DNA of 64,000 nt, from positions 1-64,000 of the IMG/VR virus record IMGVR_UViG_2914923772_000011; one strand, given 5' to 3'. A program made the position numbers and the translations under genes. This DNA is from a virus (Duplodnaviria; Caudoviricetes). The notes below the pieces were generated by a model that was not told the DNA's origin, ran no database searches, and saw nothing but the letters and a program-made list of their open reading frames with translations. This document shows positions 1-12,500 of this stretch, piece by piece. Numbering within the stretch: position 1 is the first letter of the stretch; every line of letters begins with the position of its first letter.

Positions 1-243
1 ATGAGAGAACGATTTGAACAACGGTTATTCCGTATCTTTGCCCAGGCGGGATATTCGCTGGTGCAGCTTTTAACGATCACCCCGGAAGAAATGGTGGAGA
101 TTCCCGGTATCACCGTCCCCAATATCCGGGCGGTGCTTTGTGTTCAGAACAAAGTGCTTGCGGATCGGAACAAGGTTCGCAGTGGCAAGCTGGTAGAGGC
201 ACTTTTGAAGGAGGCAGAGGAAAGCGGGTGTTGCCATGAGTGA
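1..243 (+). CDS. Hypothetical protein (start may lie upstream of window)
   Basis: 80-aa ORF overlapping the next gene start by 8 nt. Confidence 0.5.
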   Translation: MRERFEQRLFRIFAQAGYSLVQLLTITPEEMVEIPGITVPNIRAVLCVQNKVLADRNKVRSGKLVEALLKEAEESGCCHE

Positions 244-472
244 ACTGCATCTGCTGGACATCCTTGCAGCACGGCGAGGGTGCTTTATCTCAGACCTGAA
301 TCTTTCTCCTATTCTGCGGAGGGCGGCCCTTTTAGACCTGTGCAGGATGGAAACAAACAAATTTCCTCTCTCTCAATGGCAGGATACCGTGCGATACCTG
401 ACGGGTATTGAGAAGGACTTTGCATCCATCGAGGAAATCAAAGCATTTTTGCGAAATGAGGTGAAGTTATGA
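236..472 (+). CDS. Hypothetical protein
   Basis: 78-aa ORF; ATGA-type overlap with next gene. Confidence 0.6.
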   Translation: MSELHLLDILAARRGCFISDLNLSPILRRAALLDLCRMETNKFPLSQWQDTVRYLTGIEKDFASIEEIKAFLRNEVKL

Positions 473-1095
473 AAGATGAAACACATAGGCGTATGGCTGG
501 TGACTATGAGATCATCCAGGCCATCCACATCGGTGACAGAGAAATCGTTTTGGGAGAAAAAATCCAGGATGAAAGCGTTGAGAAATATATGTGTGCCTTC
601 TGTCAGCAGAATGAGTTATTTGCGGCATACAGCGAGGTCATGTGCAGCGACAACTATGCGGAGATAGTAAAGATGTTCGGTGAGCGCGTCACCGAGCAGG
701 CCGAGAAAACCCGTGTGGCAATGAACAAGCCGAAAATACAGGGCATTGATGACCGCCCTATCACAGCCAGCGATTGTACCGTAGCGTCCTACGAGGACGA
801 CTTGAATAACAAGATCGTGGTCATCAAGCCGGAAGTGCTGCGCCGGGAGTACCGCAGGGCCACTTGCCAGTTAAAGCTCTGCACAGGCGGCTTTGGTGCT
901 TACCCTCGCAGCCGTGGTTCAGCCTGCTTCTGCATCGACCTCTATACCGGAAAAGAGAGCCGGTATGAGCGGATGGACATTCTCGGCATCATGGAACCGG
1001 AGAAACTGCCCGGATGGGCAAAACACGGGCTGCTGACTGTTCAGCAGGAACGGGCGAAAAAAGAACAGCACAAAGGCGAAAAGGAGGCACGATGA
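469..1095 (+). CDS. Hypothetical ICE protein
   Basis: 208-aa ORF, translationally coupled, basic C-terminal tail (KKEQHKGEKEAR). Confidence 0.75.
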   Translation: MKDETHRRMAGDYEIIQAIHIGDREIVLGEKIQDESVEKYMCAFCQQNELFAAYSEVMCSDNYAEIVKMFGERVTEQAEKTRVAMNKPKIQGIDDRPITASDCTVASYEDDLNNKIVVIKPEVLRREYRRATCQLKLCTGGFGAYPRSRGSACFCIDLYTGKESRYERMDILGIMEPEKLPGWAKHGLLTVQQERAKKEQHKGEKEAR

Positions 1096-1098
1096 ACG

Positions 1099-1743
1099 AT
1101 GGATGTTCGTATCAATCAAGGATATGTCATCACGGATTCCTGTCATGTAGGTGATAGTGAATTTGTTCTGGGGGTTCATTCAACAGCACCCCAGCAGTTT
1201 GTAACCTGGAAATGCAAAGATCAGACAGATTACTATTGGGGTCACTATTTCAGCACCCTATTTGATGCACAGAAAGATTTAGTAGCACGGGCGCAAGAGG
1301 AAGTTCAATGCCTGGAGGAACAACGGCAGAATACCAGTGTGTATGAAGCACCGGATTATTCCCCCTGGGGAGAAATCCAGACCTGTGAAACCCTCTGCCC
1401 TGGCGCGTATTCCGTCAGCACAGCGGGACATGGCGGCGTTATGGTGCGTCAGGAGCTGGCGGGAAAGGAGTTCCGAAAAGCAGCGCGGGATTGCAGCTTT
1501 GTGGAGGGAGCGTGGCTCTGCTACGAAGAGGATTGTGACGGGCCGCTAGCCCTGCGAGAACTGATGGACAAAAAGATGTATCAGGCTCCCGTCAACCAGT
1601 ATTTCCGCCCTGGTGAATATGAAGCAGTCATCAACCGCAGCTTACAGACCTATCATCCCGAATACTGGCAGGCACGGGCAAAGGATTTGAAGGAAAAAGG
1701 CCAGCCTTCTATCCAACGAAAAAAGAATGAGCGTGAACGATAA
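1099..1743 (+). CDS. Hypothetical ICE protein (SPWG...STAGHGG motif, DUF7007-like)
   Basis: 214-aa ORF, AAGGAGG RBS upstream; family label from recall. Confidence 0.7.
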   Translation: MDVRINQGYVITDSCHVGDSEFVLGVHSTAPQQFVTWKCKDQTDYYWGHYFSTLFDAQKDLVARAQEEVQCLEEQRQNTSVYEAPDYSPWGEIQTCETLCPGAYSVSTAGHGGVMVRQELAGKEFRKAARDCSFVEGAWLCYEEDCDGPLALRELMDKKMYQAPVNQYFRPGEYEAVINRSLQTYHPEYWQARAKDLKEKGQPSIQRKKNERER

Positions 1744-2693
1744 TGGAACTGGAAATCATCAGTATGACCCCGCAGGAACGGATGTACTCTTACAGCCAGA
1801 GCAGCCAGATCGAGGCCCAGACCGGCTGTATCGGCCACCTGCGCGGTGATTTTGGTGCTGGCCAAGAGTTTTTCAGCTCATGGTTTGACCACCGTGGAGA
1901 GTATAAGACCGACGAGTTCAAAGCGGAGTTTGATGAAGTGGTCAACAGCCTGCGGAAGAAGGACGGGCTGCTTTTCAGCCGGGACAGCATGACCCGCTAT
2001 TGTCGGCAACGCCCGGAAGCCGAGATGGTGGGCAACTACTGTACCGAGTACGGCTTTAAGCTGAAAACCGACCAGCACACCTATATGTTGCGGTGCAATC
2101 CCAATTATGGGGATTATAATTTCTACCTCTATGCCTATGTTGGTCGGTTCCTGGAACACCACATGGAAAAGGCCAAGCAGGGCATCCGATTTATCACTCC
2201 CGGCTACAAGGAGATTTTTCGCATTCCGGACGGCGATAGCATCCGCATTTTCACAGGCGGAGGAGGAACCCGTGACCGAACCTGCCGGTTTATCGACGAA
2301 ACACACTTTGAAACCAGCGGCGACTATCCCAGCGCCCTCTATCATATCTGCGAGTTTGCGGAACGTCTGGAGAAAACCCACGGAAGTGTCATTCCTCTGC
2401 GTTCTTCTCTACCGCCCAACTGTTTGAGTATTCTCCCTTCCAGCGGAGAGCTGATTATCATCACACGGGGCGAAAAAGGATATTTGCTCTCGGATATGCA
2501 AATTAAAGGAAAATCCAATCAGGAGGTGGCGGAGATCGCAAACCATGCTGCTGGTGTTACCAAAGCACAGGAAGCTGCAATGCTGGCAGGCTCCATGTTT
2601 GGCTGGCAAACGCCCGCCGCTGATCCTAAAAACTACGATGAGCAGGGCCAGCCCATCCGTCCAAAGCAAAAAGACCGGGGTGATGCCCGATGA
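1743..2693 (+). CDS. Hypothetical ICE protein
   Basis: 316-aa ORF, TAATG overlap with previous gene. Confidence 0.75.
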   Translation: MELEIISMTPQERMYSYSQSSQIEAQTGCIGHLRGDFGAGQEFFSSWFDHRGEYKTDEFKAEFDEVVNSLRKKDGLLFSRDSMTRYCRQRPEAEMVGNYCTEYGFKLKTDQHTYMLRCNPNYGDYNFYLYAYVGRFLEHHMEKAKQGIRFITPGYKEIFRIPDGDSIRIFTGGGGTRDRTCRFIDETHFETSGDYPSALYHICEFAERLEKTHGSVIPLRSSLPPNCLSILPSSGELIIITRGEKGYLLSDMQIKGKSNQEVAEIANHAAGVTKAQEAAMLAGSMFGWQTPAADPKNYDEQGQPIRPKQKDRGDAR

Positions 2694-3235
2694 ACGAGGA
2701 TAAACACATTATCTGGAGTAACTATGATCTGGATTATGAGGACTGGCGCGGTGATCTGGAAGCAGAATACCCGGAGCTGTCCGAGGATGAGCGTATCTCT
2801 CTGATGTATGAAATCAATGGGCATTATCTGGATGATGAGCGCATGAACCTCAATGTGCAGCTTTCCCAGCCTATTTTGGTAATCGGTGATCTGGGCTTAT
2901 GGAACGGACGCCGCATGGGATACAAGGAGATTCCCAGCGGCAATATCCGTGACTGCCTTTACGGAGATACGGACTACTCCACATGGTATGTAGACCGCCT
3001 GGGCGATCTGCGGTGTGATGCCATCCACCATGACGGCACCAACCATTATCTCTATCGAGTTTATAAGGATGGTGTGCGAGATTCCCAGATTGAACTTCTG
3101 AAAGAAAAACTGTATCGCGGCACAGCGACCCGCGCCGATATAACGAGAGTGACCCGCAGGCTGGGCGACGACATCGCCAAAGTCTACGGGTTTTCCATTC
3201 CCCGGCAGCGGCAGGCCGCTACAATCGAAAGGTAA
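2690..3235 (+). CDS. Hypothetical ICE protein
   Basis: 181-aa ORF, ATGA overlap. Confidence 0.75.
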   Translation: MNEDKHIIWSNYDLDYEDWRGDLEAEYPELSEDERISLMYEINGHYLDDERMNLNVQLSQPILVIGDLGLWNGRRMGYKEIPSGNIRDCLYGDTDYSTWYVDRLGDLRCDAIHHDGTNHYLYRVYKDGVRDSQIELLKEKLYRGTATRADITRVTRRLGDDIAKVYGFSIPRQRQAATIER

Positions 3236-3247
3236 GGTGAATACGCA

Positions 3248-3562
3248 ATGGCATATCTGCCACCAGTAAAGTTGGAAACCCATACAAGCTGGTTTGACAT
3301 TCTGCTTACGGTTCTGCATGAACACGCGGAAAGCGATCCCTATGAAGAATATCGGGAGATGGCGCAGCGGCTGATCCAACACTTTATGGCACATGGGCGC
3401 TCGTTTACAGACGGCTACCAGAAAGAATGTGTGAATCTTCGGATGTATCCCAACGAGGCCGCAGACACAATCTGGCTGCTTCTGCTGTCGCTCTCTGGTC
3501 ATTATTCGGCAGATAAGAACTATCACGCCGATTTGCAGCCATACAGAAAGAATAACGAATAA
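3248..3562 (+). CDS. Hypothetical protein
   Basis: 104-aa ORF with AAGGTG RBS. Confidence 0.65.
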   Translation: MAYLPPVKLETHTSWFDILLTVLHEHAESDPYEEYREMAQRLIQHFMAHGRSFTDGYQKECVNLRMYPNEAADTIWLLLLSLSGHYSADKNYHADLQPYRKNNE

Positions 3563-3576
3563 AGGAGGTGCGCCGG

Positions 3577-6500
3577 ATGGCGATTCGATATAAAGCCTTG
3601 ACGGAGCTGTACCAGGAAACACAGCGCAAGGTTACAGCTCCGGCAGAATGGCAGCAATTTCTTACGTCTGCTTGCCGTAACTACCGGCTTTCATTTGACG
3701 AACAACTGCTTGTCTATGCCCAGCGCCCGGACGCTACCGCCGTCCTGGAGATCGAGCGATGGAACAAGCGGTTCGGACGCTGGGTGAACCGGGGCGCAAA
3801 CGGAATTGCCGTATTTGACGGTGAGCATAGTGGCAAACAGCGACTGAAATACTATTTTGATGTTTCCGATACCCATGAAGGCCGGTTCTCCCGGCCTGTT
3901 CCCCTGTGGACGGTACGCTCGGAATATGCGCCGGACATTATCGAGGCATTGGAAAACAGCTTCGGAGAACTGGAGCAGAAGGACAATCTGGGTGCGGCAC
4001 TTCTCTCTGCGGCAAAAAATGCGGTAGAGGATAATATCCACGATTATCTTTCTGAGTTGTCCCATCTGACCGAAGGCAGTTTTCTGGAGGAATTGGACGA
4101 ATACAATGTGGAAGTGATGTACCGGCGGGCATTGCAGACCAGCATCGGATATATGCTGGTGGTACGCTGCGGCCTTGATCCGTCCGAATACTTTGAGGAT
4201 GACGATTTTCGGGATGTGCTGAATTTCAATACACCCGAAACATTGAACGCCCTGGGCGTGGCCGCTGGGGACATCTCTCAGATGTGTCTTTCTGAAATTG
4301 CCCGCACGACCCTTGCCCTGCAAAGACAACCTCAAAAAGAAAATCGCACGTTTGAAACCGCACAGGAAAACCAGTATCCTGTAACTGAACAGAAAATCAA
4401 GCAGCCGGAAAGGAGCATTGAATATGACCGAGATCACATACAGCAGACAGGGCAGCTACAACCTGCCGAATCTTCTGCCCCCGCAGGAGCCGGAAGTGGC
4501 TCTTGGGAAATACGCATTACTTCGCCGGAAGTTCCTGAAGGAGAATCGCAGGATCACCTACACCAATCTGCTGACCAGCGGCAAGCTGAACGGCCATCTG
4601 GCAGAGATCGAGCAGACGGCACTCTCCCGGATGGATCAGATGGTGGCGCAGATGGCCAAAACCGAGGGCGTGACGGAGGAACTGAAAGCCCGCGATCCGA
4701 TGAAGTGGGTGCAACTCATGAACAACCTTCGGAACGCAGCGGAGGAAACGATCCTCACGGAGCTGATTTACAGTTAAGCGATACGGAGCAAGCGGACAGC
4801 CAGGAGCTGCCCGCTTTTCTTGATGAAGCGCAGATCATGGCTGTTATCGCCAACAAGGACGACAACCTCAAATACAAAAAGCAGCAGATCGAGCTGTTCT
4901 TTTCCGTTCACACCGACCAGCGGGAACGGGCGGATTATCTCAAATCCGCCTATCAGGACAGATACACCGAGATCATCGCAGACGGTCAGCGCCTGGGCTA
5001 TAAGCCGCAGGAGGACGGGCTTCTCATGTGGGAGGGTTCCTACCTTTCCCGCACAAAAGAATCGGTGTTCTCCTGGGACTTGGTGGCCGGATGGACAGCA
5101 CAGCTTATTGACAAAAAGGAATATTTCATTCAGACGGACATCCGCCAGCTTCCGACCCAGGAGAGCCAGCAGATGTCCCTTTTTGATTTCCCTTCCTTTG
5201 GAAGTTCTACTCCATCCGAGGGCGAGCCGCAGCGTTCTCTCTTTTCGCGTCCGGCGCTTTCTCAGCAGGTCATTGACGAGGCGCTGTGCATTGGAGCCAA
5301 CGATCAGAACAGCCGCCTTATCATTTGCGCTTATTTCAAAAAGGATAAGCCGCTGGAGGACAACACCCGGTTCCTGATGGAACACTATGGTGAAAATGGT
5401 GCTGGCTTTTATCTGGATAGCCGGAAGTATTCCATTTGGTACAACACCGAAGGTATCCATGTGGCAGAGGGCGAAACCGCGCAGCGCACAGCAGCCACGC
5501 TGATTCCCTGGGAACAGGCAGCCAAGCGCATCCGGGAATTGCTGGATTTGGGCCGGTATATGCCTCAGAGTGAACTTGACCGGGTAGACGGGTACGAGCG
5601 CCAGCAACGAGCCGCCCAGCTATGGTATCTCAGGCAGGATTTTGCAGAAGGAACCGCCAATGCGGGGTTCCTTCCTACTATTAACGCGATTTACAGCCGT
5701 CATAAGGGTTTCCCTGATGAAAGCGCCGCCATTGAAGAACTGTTAAATAGCCCGGATACGCTCCAAACCGTGAGAGATGAACTGGAGGGATTTATAAAGG
5801 CGTATGAGTACGATAAGGAACTTTTACGCTTCCGTTTCCATCGTCCTCAAAAGTTGCTGGAACAGATTTCCGACCTGCAACGGGAACCGCTGCACTTTAC
5901 CGCCGCCGAGGGATATGATCCCCAGCGGCGTTTCTTTATCTCCGGCGACGAGATCGACAATCTCCTGCGTGGTGGAAAGCGCAGCACGGACTACCGGCTG
6001 GCAGTGTACTCCTTTTATCGCAACCACTCTGACCGAAAGGAACGAGAAGATTTTTTAAAGCACTATCACGGAGAATACAGCGGATACAGCAGCGGCAACG
6101 ATGATGTGACCTATCAGCTCAGTAAAGGTGTCCATTTCAGCCACGGCAGCATGACAGAACCCTATGCTAAGGTGGAGCTGAAATGGAATGCGGTGGAAAA
6201 GCGCGTGAGCGCCATGATCGCCCAGGGGCGGTTTCTGAGTGATGAAGATCGGGCCGCCATGCCTCAATACGAAAAGCACCAGCTCGCACAAAACATCCGA
6301 GCCTTCTTTGAGAATGTTCCCCAGGAGCAGGCCCACCCTTACCCTTATGGCTTCGATTATTGGGATGCAGTAAAGCTCATCGAGCCGCAGCTCGACGACC
6401 CGGCCCGCGTGGAAGAAATCTATCAGATGATGGTTCCAGTCTGGGAGGCCACGCCGCAGGATGATCGGATGTACGCGCTTCGGCAGCGAGCATTTGAGAA

Positions 6501-9500
6501 TTTGACCGCATACCGGCAAGGCACATTTACCCTGTTTGCAGAGAAAAAGGAGCCGGTATCACCGCAGGCTGTGCAGGAACCGAAGAAAGCCTACGATTTA
6601 GGATTCGGGCATCTGGGAAATGGGCTGACCGTTTGGAACCGGCTGGAAGAAGTGGATGGGGACTACCGCACGGTTGCCCATATTGCGCCGGATCGCACGG
6701 TGCAGATTTACGACGAGGAAATGCCCCAGGAGGTTCGGGACAGGATTCAGCAGGTGGCCGACACTTCGGAGATGACGGTTTCCACCACACAGAACGCGCC
6801 CGTATTCTCGGTGCCGCCCAGAGAGGAACCACCGCAAAAAGAAGAAACAGCCGACCTCTACCCTGTATTGGCCGCCCAGGTACTGCACCTCATGGGGGAA
6901 TTTGACGGCTCCCGTATGGGCTACGGAGAGGACGATGCTCAGGCGGTGGAAAATATCGCCCAGCAGCTCCAAAATACAACACAGAGGCAGGAAATCCATG
7001 CGTTGCTGCAATCCTTCCTCGACCATGCAGACCCGGAAGAAGAAATCGCGGCAGATGTTGCACTCTGCATTGAGCGAATCGAGGAGCTGCCCCAGCCCTT
7101 CACCCAAGATCAGGCCCTGTTGGAGCAGGCAAAAGAACTGATCGACCAGTTCTGCCAAGAAGAATATGATAGCTATGCCGATTTCAGCGATCTGGAGAAG
7201 GTAGGAATCGCCTATACCACGGTCACAGACGAAGAAATTCCCATCCAGGTGAACGTGGATTTGGTGAATTACCGTGTAGAGCGGTATCTGGACGGACAGT
7301 TTTTGGAGCGCAGGCAGTATGAGAGTCTGGAGGCACTCATTCAAAACGAGTTGACAGACCTCGACTTTGACAACCTCACTGCTGTATCGGAAGATGAGAT
7401 GGAATCCATCGGCGTGACCCAAGACGATTATCGCCTGTTGAGCCGTCTGAAAGCGGATTGCGACTACTATCTGGGTGCTGGCGGACGTGCGGAAAAACAC
7501 CTGTGGGCTGGAAGCGTAGAAGCGCAGATTACCAAAATGCGGGAACTGTACGACGCTTTGCCGGAAAAACCGGAATGGCTTACTGAGCAGGACATTGACC
7601 GCTACGAAAGCCAGATGACAGACGGCCCGGAGCTGTCACACCCCCCCAAAAAAGAACCGGTTCCGCTGGCTCCGAAACGGATTCGCCGTGAGCGCGTCAC
7701 CTTTGCGCCTCTGCATCCTGAAATACCACGAGAACAGCGCCATGATTTCCACATCACGGATGATGAGCTGGGTCACGGCACACCAGGCGAAAAGTTTGCC
7801 GCCAACGTCAGAGCCATCCGCTGCTTGAAACGGATCGAAGCGGAAGAACGCCTTGCCACACCGGAGGAACAGGAAATCCTTTCCCGCTATGTGGGATGGG
7901 GTGGGCTGCCGCAATGCTTTGAGGAAACACACAGCAAGTATGCGGAACTCAAATCCCTTTTGGATGAGGACGAGTATGCAGCAGCCAGAGCCAGTTCCCT
8001 CACCGCATTCTACACGCCACCTGTGGTCATTCGGGGGATTTACAAGGCGCTGGCGCAGATGGGTTTCCAGCAAGGCAACATCTTGGAACCGGCCTGCGGC
8101 ACCGGCAATTTTATCGGTTTGCTTCCGGCTGATATGGCAGGCAGCAAAGCCTATGGCGTGGAGATTGACAGTATCAGCGGCAGAATTGCCCAGCAGCTCT
8201 ATCAAAATGCCAGCATTTCCGTCAATGGATTTGAAACGGTGCAGATGCCGGACAGCTTTTTTGATGTAGCCATCGGCAACGTCCCCTTTGGGGATTTCAA
8301 GGTGGTAGACAGGCGGTACGACAAGCACCATTGGCTGATCCATGATTATTTCTTTGGGAAGGCCCTGGACAAAGTAAGACCCGGCGGCATTGTTGCGTTC
8401 ATCACATCGAAAGGCACGATGGACAAAGAAAACTCGGCTGTTCGCCGCTATCTCGCCCAGCGCGCCGACCTGATCGGAGCCATTCGTTTACCTTACAACA
8501 CATTCAAGCAGAATGCCGGAACGGAAGTCACCAGCGATATTCTGTTCCTGCAAAAAAGAGATCACATCACCGATCTGGAGCAGGATTGGGTGCAACTGGA
8601 CACCGATGAAAATGGCATCCGCATGAACCGCTACTTTGTGCAGCACCCGGAAATGGTTCTGGGCGATATGGTGATGGAATCCACACGATTCGGAATGGAC
8701 AGCGCCTGCAAAGCCCGCGAAGGTGCTGACCTGTCGGAGCAGCTTGCCGAGGCCATCCAGTTTCTTCAGGCCGAGATCAAGCCCTATGAACAGGAAGAAC
8801 CGGACGAGGAGGAAGATCGTTCCATCCCCGCAGACCCTACTGTTCGGAATTTCAGCTACACGATTGTGGACGGTCAGGTGTACTACCGTGAAAACAGCCT
8901 CATGTACCCGATGGAGGTTTCTGTTACAGCGGAAAACCGTATCCGGGGTATGATCGAGCTGCGGGAATGTGTCCGCAGACTGATTGAGTATCAAACCGAA
9001 GGATACCCGGACGAGGACATCCAGGCGGAGCAGAAAAAGCTGAACTCCCTCTATGACAGCTTTACGGCCAAATATGGGCTTATCAGCAGCCGAGGCAACA
9101 AACTGGCCTTTTCCGAGGACTCCAGCTACTGCCTCTTGTGTTCGCTGGAGGTGCTGGATGAGCAAGGCAACCTAAAAAGAAAAGCCGATATGTTCTCCAA
9201 GCGCACCATCCGCCCTCATGTGGCCGTCACCAGCGTGGATACTGCCAGCGAAGCATTGGCGGTGTCTATCTCTGAAAAAGCCTGCGTGGATATGGACTAT
9301 ATGGCCGAGCTGTCCGGCAAATCCCCGGAGGAACTGGAGAGCGAGCTTGCCGGCGTGATCTTCCGCAATATTGAAGGCCCGGAAAGCCCGGATGAACTGC
9401 GGGGAAATCCCCTCAGCCTGCAAGCCTTTTCCCTTGTGACGGCGGACGAGTACCTTTCAGGGAATGTGCGCCGGAAATTGCGGATGGCAAAAGCCTTTTT

Positions 9501-12500
9501 GGAAACTGCCTCAGACAGCCAGAAGGAAGCGGCCCGCAGGCAGGTAGAGGCGCTGGAAGCGGTACAGCCCGCAGATTTGGGCGCTGGGGAAATCGGCGTC
9601 CGCATCGGTGCCAACTGGGTGCCTATCGACATCTACCAGCAGTTCATGGTGGAGCTGCTTACCCCTGGATATTACGCCCAGAACCGCATCAAAATCCTTC
9701 GCTCTGAAGTTACCGGCCAGTGGGCCATCACGGAAAAGAACTCTGACCGAGGCAATGTAAAGGTACTCACCACCTACGGCACCAAGCGCATGAGCGCCTA
9801 TCACATCCTGGAGCAGACCTTGAATCAGAAGGATGTGCGGGTATTCTACTATATCGAGGATGAAAACGGCAATAAAAAAGCTGTCCTCAACAAGAAGGAA
9901 ACCGCCATTGCCCAGGACAGGCAGGAACTCATCAAGCAGAAATTCTCGGAGTGGATATGGCGGGACATTGACCGCAGAGAACGCCTGTGCCACATCTACA
10001 ACGAAACCTTCAACAGCATCCGTCCCCGTGAATATGACGGACGGCATATTCGCTTTGAGGGGATGAACCCGGAAATCTCCCTGCGGCCCCATCAAATCAA
10101 TGCAATCGCGCACATTTTGTACGGTGGAAACACCTTGCTTGCCCACGAAGTGGGGGCCGGGAAAACGTATGAGATGGTTGCGGCGGCAATGGAAATGAAG
10201 CGGCTGGGGCTTTGTACCAAGTCGCTGATTGTGGTTCCCAACCACATCACAGAGCAATGGGCGGCTGAATTTTTGCAGCTCTATCCCAGCGCCAATATCT
10301 TAGTTGCCACAAAGAAGGACTTTGAGAAGCAGAACCGGAAGAAGTTTTGCAGCCGTATCTCCACCGGGGATTATGACGCCATCATCATCGGCCACTCGCA
10401 GTTTGAAAAAATCCCCATGAGCGCCGAGCGCCAGCAGGCCATTCTCCAGCAGCAGATCGACGAGATTCTGTTCGGCATTGAACAGGCCAAGTCACAAAAA
10501 GCGGAACGCTACACCATCAAACAGATGGAGCGCACCCGTAAATCTCTGGAGGCGAAACTGGCGAAACTCAACGACCAAAGCCGGAAAGACGATGTTGTGA
10601 CATTTGAGGAATTGGGTGTTGACCGCATCTTCATTGATGAGAGCCATTATTTTAAGAACCTCTTTTTGATGACGAAAATGCGGAATGTGGGCGGCATCGC
10701 CCAGACCGAGGCGCAGAAAAGTTCTGACCTCTTTATGAAGTGTCAGTATCTGGACGAGCTGACCGGCGGGCGCGGTGTGATCTTTGCCACCGGCACCCCT
10801 ATATCAAACTCTATGGTGGAGCTTTACACCATCCAGCGGTACTTGCAGTACCGCACCTTGCAGGAAATGGGCCTGATCCACTTCGACGATTGGGCGTCCA
10901 ACTTTGGAGAAACTGTCACAGCCATTGAGCTGTCGCCGGAAGGCAGCGGCTACCGCGCCAAGACCCGGTTCGCAAAGTTTTACAACTTACCGGAACTTAT
11001 GAGCGTATTCAAACAGGTAGCCGATATTCAGACGGCAGATATGCTGCATCTTCCCGTACCAAAAGCCAATTTCCACACCGAGGTTATCAAGCCTTCGGAA
11101 ATCCAACAGGAGATGATAAAAGGGCTGGCGGAACGGGCGGAAAAAATCCGTGGCGGCGGCGTCGATCCCCATGTGGACAATATGCTCCGCATCACAAATG
11201 ACGGCAGAAAGTTGGCTCTGGATATGCGGCTCATCCAACCGCTTGCCCCGGATGACCCGGACGGCAAGGTAGCTGTCTGCGCCCGCAATATTTACCGCAT
11301 CTGGGAACAGACGAAAGAGAATCGCTCTGCGCAGCTTGTGTTCTGCGACCTGTCCACACCCGAAAAGCGTAGACCCATAGAAATGACGGTTGATAATGAG
11401 GGAACAGCCCACATGGCGGATTTCCAAAATGTTTACGATGATTTGTTAAAAAAGCTGATCGACCTGGGGATTTCGTGGGAAGAGATTGCTTTTATCCATG
11501 ATGCAGATTCCGAGGCAAAGAAGAAAGAGCTGTTTGCGAAGGTGCGCGCCGGTCAGGTGCGTGTTCTTATGGGCAGCACACAGAAAATGGGGGCTGGAAC
11601 CAATGTTCAGGACAGGCTCATTGCCCTGCACGATCTGGATTGCCCTTGGAGGCCAAGCGACCTTCAGCAGCGGCTTGGAAGAATTGTCCGTCAGGGCAAC
11701 GAAAATGAGGAGGTGGAGATTTTCCGCTATGTAACAGAGGGAACATTCGACGCTTATCTATACCAGCTTGTAGAGAACAAGCAAAAATTTATCGCTCAAA
11801 TCATGACCAGCAAAGCCCCTGTCCGCGTGGCGGATGATGTGGATGAAACCGCCCTGAGCTATTCCGAGATCAAGGCGCTTGCCACCGGCAATCCCCTTAT
11901 TATCGAAAAATGCAATCTGGATATGGAGGTAGCAAGGTTGAATATGCTCAAGGCCAGCCACTTGAATCAGGTGTATTCTTTGGAAGAACTGGTACACCGC
12001 AAATATCCGGCAGAGATCACCCGATTGACAGAGAGAATTGCGGGCTATGAAAGAGATGTGGAGCTGGCGAAAGCCCATCCGAAAGCGCAGGAGGGATTCT
12101 GCGGCATGGAGGTGGACGGCAAACACTACACCGAAAAAGAGGATGCAGGAAAGGCGATCATCGACGTCTGCACAAAGATGACCGGCTCCGATGCTGTCCT
12201 TTTGGGGCAGTACCGGGGCTTCTCTATGGTGCTGGCCTATGACGGGATGAGCAACGAGTACCGCATCACTCTGAAAGGCACCCTATCCCATACGGTGACG
12301 CTGGGCGCGGATGTGTTCGGCAACATCACCCGTCTGGACAACGCGCTGGAGAATCTGTCAGGAAACCTTGACGCGGAACGGGCCAAGCTGGAAGAAGCCA
12401 AGGTACAGCTTGAAAATGCCCGCACCGAACTGGCTACACCGTTTGCCCGCGAGGAGGAGCTGGCCGAGAAAACCGCACGTTTGAAAGAACTGAACATCCT

